In this document: in pieces, positions 60,316 through 64,000 of the stretch
How the letters are laid out: the number at the start of each line of letters is the position of its first letter
Position numbering within the stretch: the stretch's first letter is position 1
DNA from: Acidobacteriota bacterium
Lineage (GTDB): Bacteria > Acidobacteriota > UBA890 > WLXD01
NCBI GenBank assembly: GCA_965205505.1
Contig: CBDBHB010000009.1
Span: 288,001 to 352,000 of the forward strand
Direction: 5' to 3'
DNA length: 64,000 nucleotides
Position numbers and translations under genes: made by a program
Notes under the pieces: generated by a model
Databases searched by the model: none
Told to the model about the DNA's origin: nothing
The model's input: only the letters and a program-made list of their open reading frames with translations

Positions 60316-61281
60316 ATGAGAACTGTTCTGGCGATCTTGCTGTTGCCGCTCGTTGCATCCAGCCCGGCAGGAGCCGCGGTCGGGCCGGCCTCCGCTCCGG
60401 TCCAGGAACCGATCAAGGTGCTGATCATCGATGGCGTGAACAACCATGACTGGGAGAAGACAACGGCGGCGAATCGGGCGACGTTGACGCAGACGGGCCG
60501 CTTCGATGTGGACGTGAGCACTTCTCCGCATAAGCGGGCCGCGCTGGCCGAATGGGACGCTTGGCGGCCCGACTTCTCTGCCTACGACGTGGTGGTGAGC
60601 AACTTCAACGACGATTGCAAGGAGCGATCGGGCTGCGATTCCCTGTGGTCGGCACAGACCAAGTCCGACCTGGAGAAGTACGTGCGGCAAGGAGGCGGCT
60701 TTGTTTCGGTCCACGCGGCCGACAACCATGACGCCGGATGGACCGAGTACAACGAGATGATCGGCGTCGGCGGTTGGGGCGGCCGGCGTGCGGGCGTTTC
60801 GGGCTCACTGCTGCGCAGCGTCGACGGCGACTGGGTGGCCACCTCGCCCGACGAGGGCCTGAGCGGCGAGCACGGCGAGATACGATCGTTCCAGGTAGTC
60901 CACGACCGCCCCGAGCACCCGATCCTCGCGGGGCTACCAACCACGTGGATGCACGCGCCCGATGAGCTCTACTCGGCGCTCCGCGGCCCGGCGAAGAGCG
61001 TCGAGGTGCTCGCTCACGCCTACTCGAGGGTCACCGACGAGGCCGAGCCCATGTTGATGATTATCAGCTACGGCGCCGGGAAGGTCTTTCATCTTCCAAT
61101 GGGTCATTACAACAACGAGTCCGAGCCCTACGGCGAGTCGGTGCACTGTGTCGGCTTTCAGACAGTTCTGGCCCGCGGCACGGAGTTCGTCGCCACCGGC
61201 GCTGTCACTATCGGTGTTCCCAGCTCGTTTCCGGGACCCGAGAAGCCGGTCGTGATCGCACCGGAGCAAGTGGTCTGGTGA
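60316..61281 (+). CDS. Secreted ThuA-like domain protein
   Basis: IKVLIIDGVNNHDW, YDVVVSNFN, GGGFVSVHAA, WMHAPDELY, YGAGKVFHLPMGH. Confidence 0.85.
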   Translation: MRTVLAILLLPLVASSPAGAAVGPASAPVQEPIKVLIIDGVNNHDWEKTTAANRATLTQTGRFDVDVSTSPHKRAALAEWDAWRPDFSAYDVVVSNFNDDCKERSGCDSLWSAQTKSDLEKYVRQGGGFVSVHAADNHDAGWTEYNEMIGVGGWGGRRAGVSGSLLRSVDGDWVATSPDEGLSGEHGEIRSFQVVHDRPEHPILAGLPTTWMHAPDELYSALRGPAKSVEVLAHAYSRVTDEAEPMLMIISYGAGKVFHLPMGHYNNESEPYGESVHCVGFQTVLARGTEFVATGAVTIGVPSSFPGPEKPVVIAPEQVVW

Positions 61282-64000
61282 GTCGCCGAGTCAGGGTCGC
61301 GCCGCGCGTTCCCGTTGCCGCCGTGGTTCTATCGGCTGTGGTCTTGAGCGGATGCGACAGCCTGGTCGATCCACCTGTTGCTGGCTCCGGGGATGCCGCC
61401 GACTCCGTCGTTGCGGGCTACGAGACGATGCTCACGGCGGGCCTGGCGAGCGATGCCGCGATGGGTGAGGTACTTCTCGGCGAGCTCAACTGCCTGTCGT
61501 GTCACGCTGCCTCCGGTGCGGGCGTTGCGCAGCGCGTCACCACGAAGCCGGCGCCCGACCTAAGCGAAATCGGTGACCGTGCCAGCGCCGACTGGATCGC
61601 CGGCTTCCTTGCCGACCCGCCGGCGCTCAAACCTGGCACTACCATGCCGACCGTGCTGTCCTCCTACGCAGCCGAGGAACGCGACAGGCTCGTCGAGCTG
61701 ATCACCCACTTTCTCGTCGACCAAAGCAGCCAAGCTCGACCGTCCGGATACCGACCGCTCCGCTTTCGCGCCACGGTCGAGCACGGCCGCGCGTTGTTTC
61801 ACAGCGTCGGGTGTGCAGCTTGCCACGCTCCTGAGGGGGCATCCGGCACGCCGATGACCCGAGATGTGCCGCTCCCGGACCTAGCGGCCAAGAACTCCGT
61901 CGCCGGCCTACGGGATTTCCTCCTGAACCCTCGTCGCGTTCGCCATGGGTTGCGCATGCCCTCGCTGTATCTGTCGGACGCGGAAGCGACCGACATCGCG
62001 GTGTACCTGCTGCGTGACCAGCGGCCAGAGACGCCGAATCGAGTGCGGGGCTTCGAATTCGAGTACTTCGTCGACGACGGCGACGAGGATGCCGAGGGCT
62101 TCTTCACCCGACCTCCACCCGACTTCGAGGTCTGGGAGGTGGTCGGCAGCGGTCGGATGGGCGAGCTGTCTCTCGAGCTGCCGATGCGCACCCGCCGGGG
62201 TAACCACGGGTTCCGCTACTCGGCACTGATTCGGATCGACGCACCGGGCGATTACACCTTCGAGCTCACCTCGCACCGCCGCTCGGGATCGGAGCTGTTG
62301 GTCGACGGCGACGTAGTGGCCACCAAGCTGCGCGATAACGGGCGTGTGATCTCCAGCACAATTCCGCTCGGCCGTGGCGACCACCCGATCGAGATCACCT
62401 ACTACATGCGTGGCGACGCCGAGGCACCATTCCTCGATGCGGCAATTGGCGGGCGCGACATCGCGCCGGGCACACCCATCGACACGATGGCGGCCTACGA
62501 GGACTTCGTGCTGCAACCGCGCGGCGGCGAACCGCTGATCGTCGACCGGATCAAGGCCGCGCAGGGCGGCCAGGCCTTCGTCGAGGTCGGCTGTGCCTCG
62601 TGCCACGCGCTGGCTGCAGCGCCCACCGCTGCCCGCAAGAGATATCCGGCAAGCTCACTGGACAGACTGGACATCGGCTCGTCGTTCGGATCGCCGTGGA
62701 GCCACGCCGCCGACGGTGCGCCCCGCTATCGCCTCTCCAACCATCAACGTCGGGCGATCCGATCGGCGCTCTCCAACCTCGGCGCGCTCGCCAGACCACG
62801 CGATCCCCAGCAGCAGATCGACCACACGCTCGCGACATACAACTGCTACGCGTGCCATGGGCGCGCCCAGGGACCGGACACGATCGGCGGACCGGACCCG
62901 GCGCGTGAGCCGTTCTTCCGGGTCGTGGGTGGGTTGGATCTCGGTGAGGAAGGGAGGCTGCCGCCTCCGCTCACCGCGATCGGCGCACGTGTGAAGCGCG
63001 AGGCACTACTGTCGATACTGACCGACGACCGACTGCACGTGCGCCGCGACTTCATGCAGACGCGCATGCCCCGCTTCGGCGGTGAGATGATCGCCGCCCT
63101 GCCAGCTGCTTTCGAGGCGGTCGACGCCGCGCCCGGCGAGCTTGACGAGCCGCCGTTTGCACCTCAAACGGTCGCTGACGGCTTGCAGCTCTTGGGCTCG
63201 GAGGGGCTGCGCTGTATCACCTGTCACGACGTCGGTGTCCACAAGTCTCCCGGCATCTCGACGATCAACCTGACGACGGTGTACGAGCGCCTGCGGCCCG
63301 GCTGGGTGCAGCGCTTCATGAGGGACCCCGCCTCGCTGCGTCCGCGAACACGGATGCCGGCGTTCTGGGATGGGGAGGACGTTATCCACGAGGACATCGC
63401 GGGTGGAACCGCGGGCGGCCAGATCGACGCAATCTGGAGCACGCTGTCGCTCGGCTCTTCGATGCCAGCTCCGACAGGCATGGATGTCGACGATGCGATG
63501 GTACTTGTTCCCGGTAGCGAGGTCATCGTGTTCAGGACATTCATGAACGAGGTGGGCCCGCGCACCATTACAGCCGGCTTCCCGCAGTCGGTGCATGTGG
63601 CGTTCGACGCCAACGTGGTGCGCCTGGCGAAGGCGTGGCGTGGTGGCTTCATTGATGCCAAAGGCACGTGGCAGGGTCGCGCCGGCAAGTTCTTTGATCC
63701 GCGCGGCGAGGACATTATTGACATGCCTCCCGGTCCGGCCTTCGCCTACCTGGTCGACGCCGATTCCGCCTGGCCGCAGCCGAGGCGGACCGATCGCGAT
63801 ATCGGTGGGCAGTTCCTCGGCTACCACCTCGACGAGCAGCGCGGACCGACGTTTCGTTATCGGCTGCAAGAAGTGATCATCGAGGAGCAGCCCATTCCGG
63901 TAATGAGCCCCGGGGGAGCCAACCTCACCCGGCGCTTTACGTTGCGTGGCAGCAGCGGCGCGCAGCAGCTCTATCTGCTGTTGGCCGAGGGCGAGCAGAT
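61278..64000 (+). CDS. Multiheme cytochrome c lipoprotein with PA14-like domain; runs off the window end
   Basis: Not in the ORF track. GTG overlaps the ThuA stop; lipobox LSGC; in-frame CLSCH (61491), CAACH (61812), CASCH (62592), CYACH (62844), CITCH (63213). Confidence 0.85.
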   Translation, partial: MSRRVRVAPRVPVAAVVLSAVVLSGCDSLVDPPVAGSGDAADSVVAGYETMLTAGLASDAAMGEVLLGELNCLSCHAASGAGVAQRVTTKPAPDLSEIGDRASADWIAGFLADPPALKPGTTMPTVLSSYAAEERDRLVELITHFLVDQSSQARPSGYRPLRFRATVEHGRALFHSVGCAACHAPEGASGTPMTRDVPLPDLAAKNSVAGLRDFLLNPRRVRHGLRMPSLYLSDAEATDIAVYLLRDQRPETPNRVRGFEFEYFVDDGDEDAEGFFTRPPPDFEVWEVVGSGRMGELSLELPMRTRRGNHGFRYSALIRIDAPGDYTFELTSHRRSGSELLVDGDVVATKLRDNGRVISSTIPLGRGDHPIEITYYMRGDAEAPFLDAAIGGRDIAPGTPIDTMAAYEDFVLQPRGGEPLIVDRIKAAQGGQAFVEVGCASCHALAAAPTAARKRYPASSLDRLDIGSSFGSPWSHAADGAPRYRLSNHQRRAIRSALSNLGALARPRDPQQQIDHTLATYNCYACHGRAQGPDTIGGPDPAREPFFRVVGGLDLGEEGRLPPPLTAIGARVKREALLSILTDDRLHVRRDFMQTRMPRFGGEMIAALPAAFEAVDAAPGELDEPPFAPQTVADGLQLLGSEGLRCITCHDVGVHKSPGISTINLTTVYERLRPGWVQRFMRDPASLRPRTRMPAFWDGEDVIHEDIAGGTAGGQIDAIWSTLSLGSSMPAPTGMDVDDAMVLVPGSEVIVFRTFMNEVGPRTITAGFPQSVHVAFDANVVRLAKAWRGGFIDAKGTWQGRAGKFFDPRGEDIIDMPPGPAFAYLVDADSAWPQPRRTDRDIGGQFLGYHLDEQRGPTFRYRLQEVIIEEQPIPVMSPGGANLTRRFTLRGSSGAQQLYLLLAEGEQ

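Overview
High-GC bacterial DNA. The gene set (GWxTD/TPR, CRTAC1/ASPIC, VPS10-type propeller, PA14 multiheme cytochrome) suggests an Acidobacterium or similar; that is inference. The window has four zones. (1) 1-25.6 kb is a heavily IS-fragmented defence/accessory island. It holds an HNH nuclease behind a DISARM-type methylase tail, a split IS3, an IS1595 cargo arm, a PD-(D/E)xK fragment followed by an IS-truncated UG/Abi-type reverse transcriptase, two identical IS3 copies bracketing intact mcrBC and nfeD/SPFH, and an IS110 with its non-coding end. (2) 25.6-43.3 kb is an intact block of secreted proteins plus a peptidase/aldo-keto reductase/proline-racemase-like/SDR operon and agmatinase. (3) 43.6-56.7 kb is a decaying phage-satellite-like element (integrase, AlpA, primase-helicase, iterons, CCACCAC-rich region, cos-like site, HNH, terminase stub), then IS1595, IS3, truncated drmD and a tRNA-Leu 3' half (att site). 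(4) 57.5-64 kb has a PA-domain metallopeptidase that appears circularly permuted, a ThuA protein and a multiheme lipoprotein running off the end. The best novelty candidates are the nuclease/RT locus, the satellite cis-elements, the permuted peptidase, and the Ser/Cys racemase plus Tyr-less SDR operon. All family assignments are from motif recognition by eye; no database was searched.
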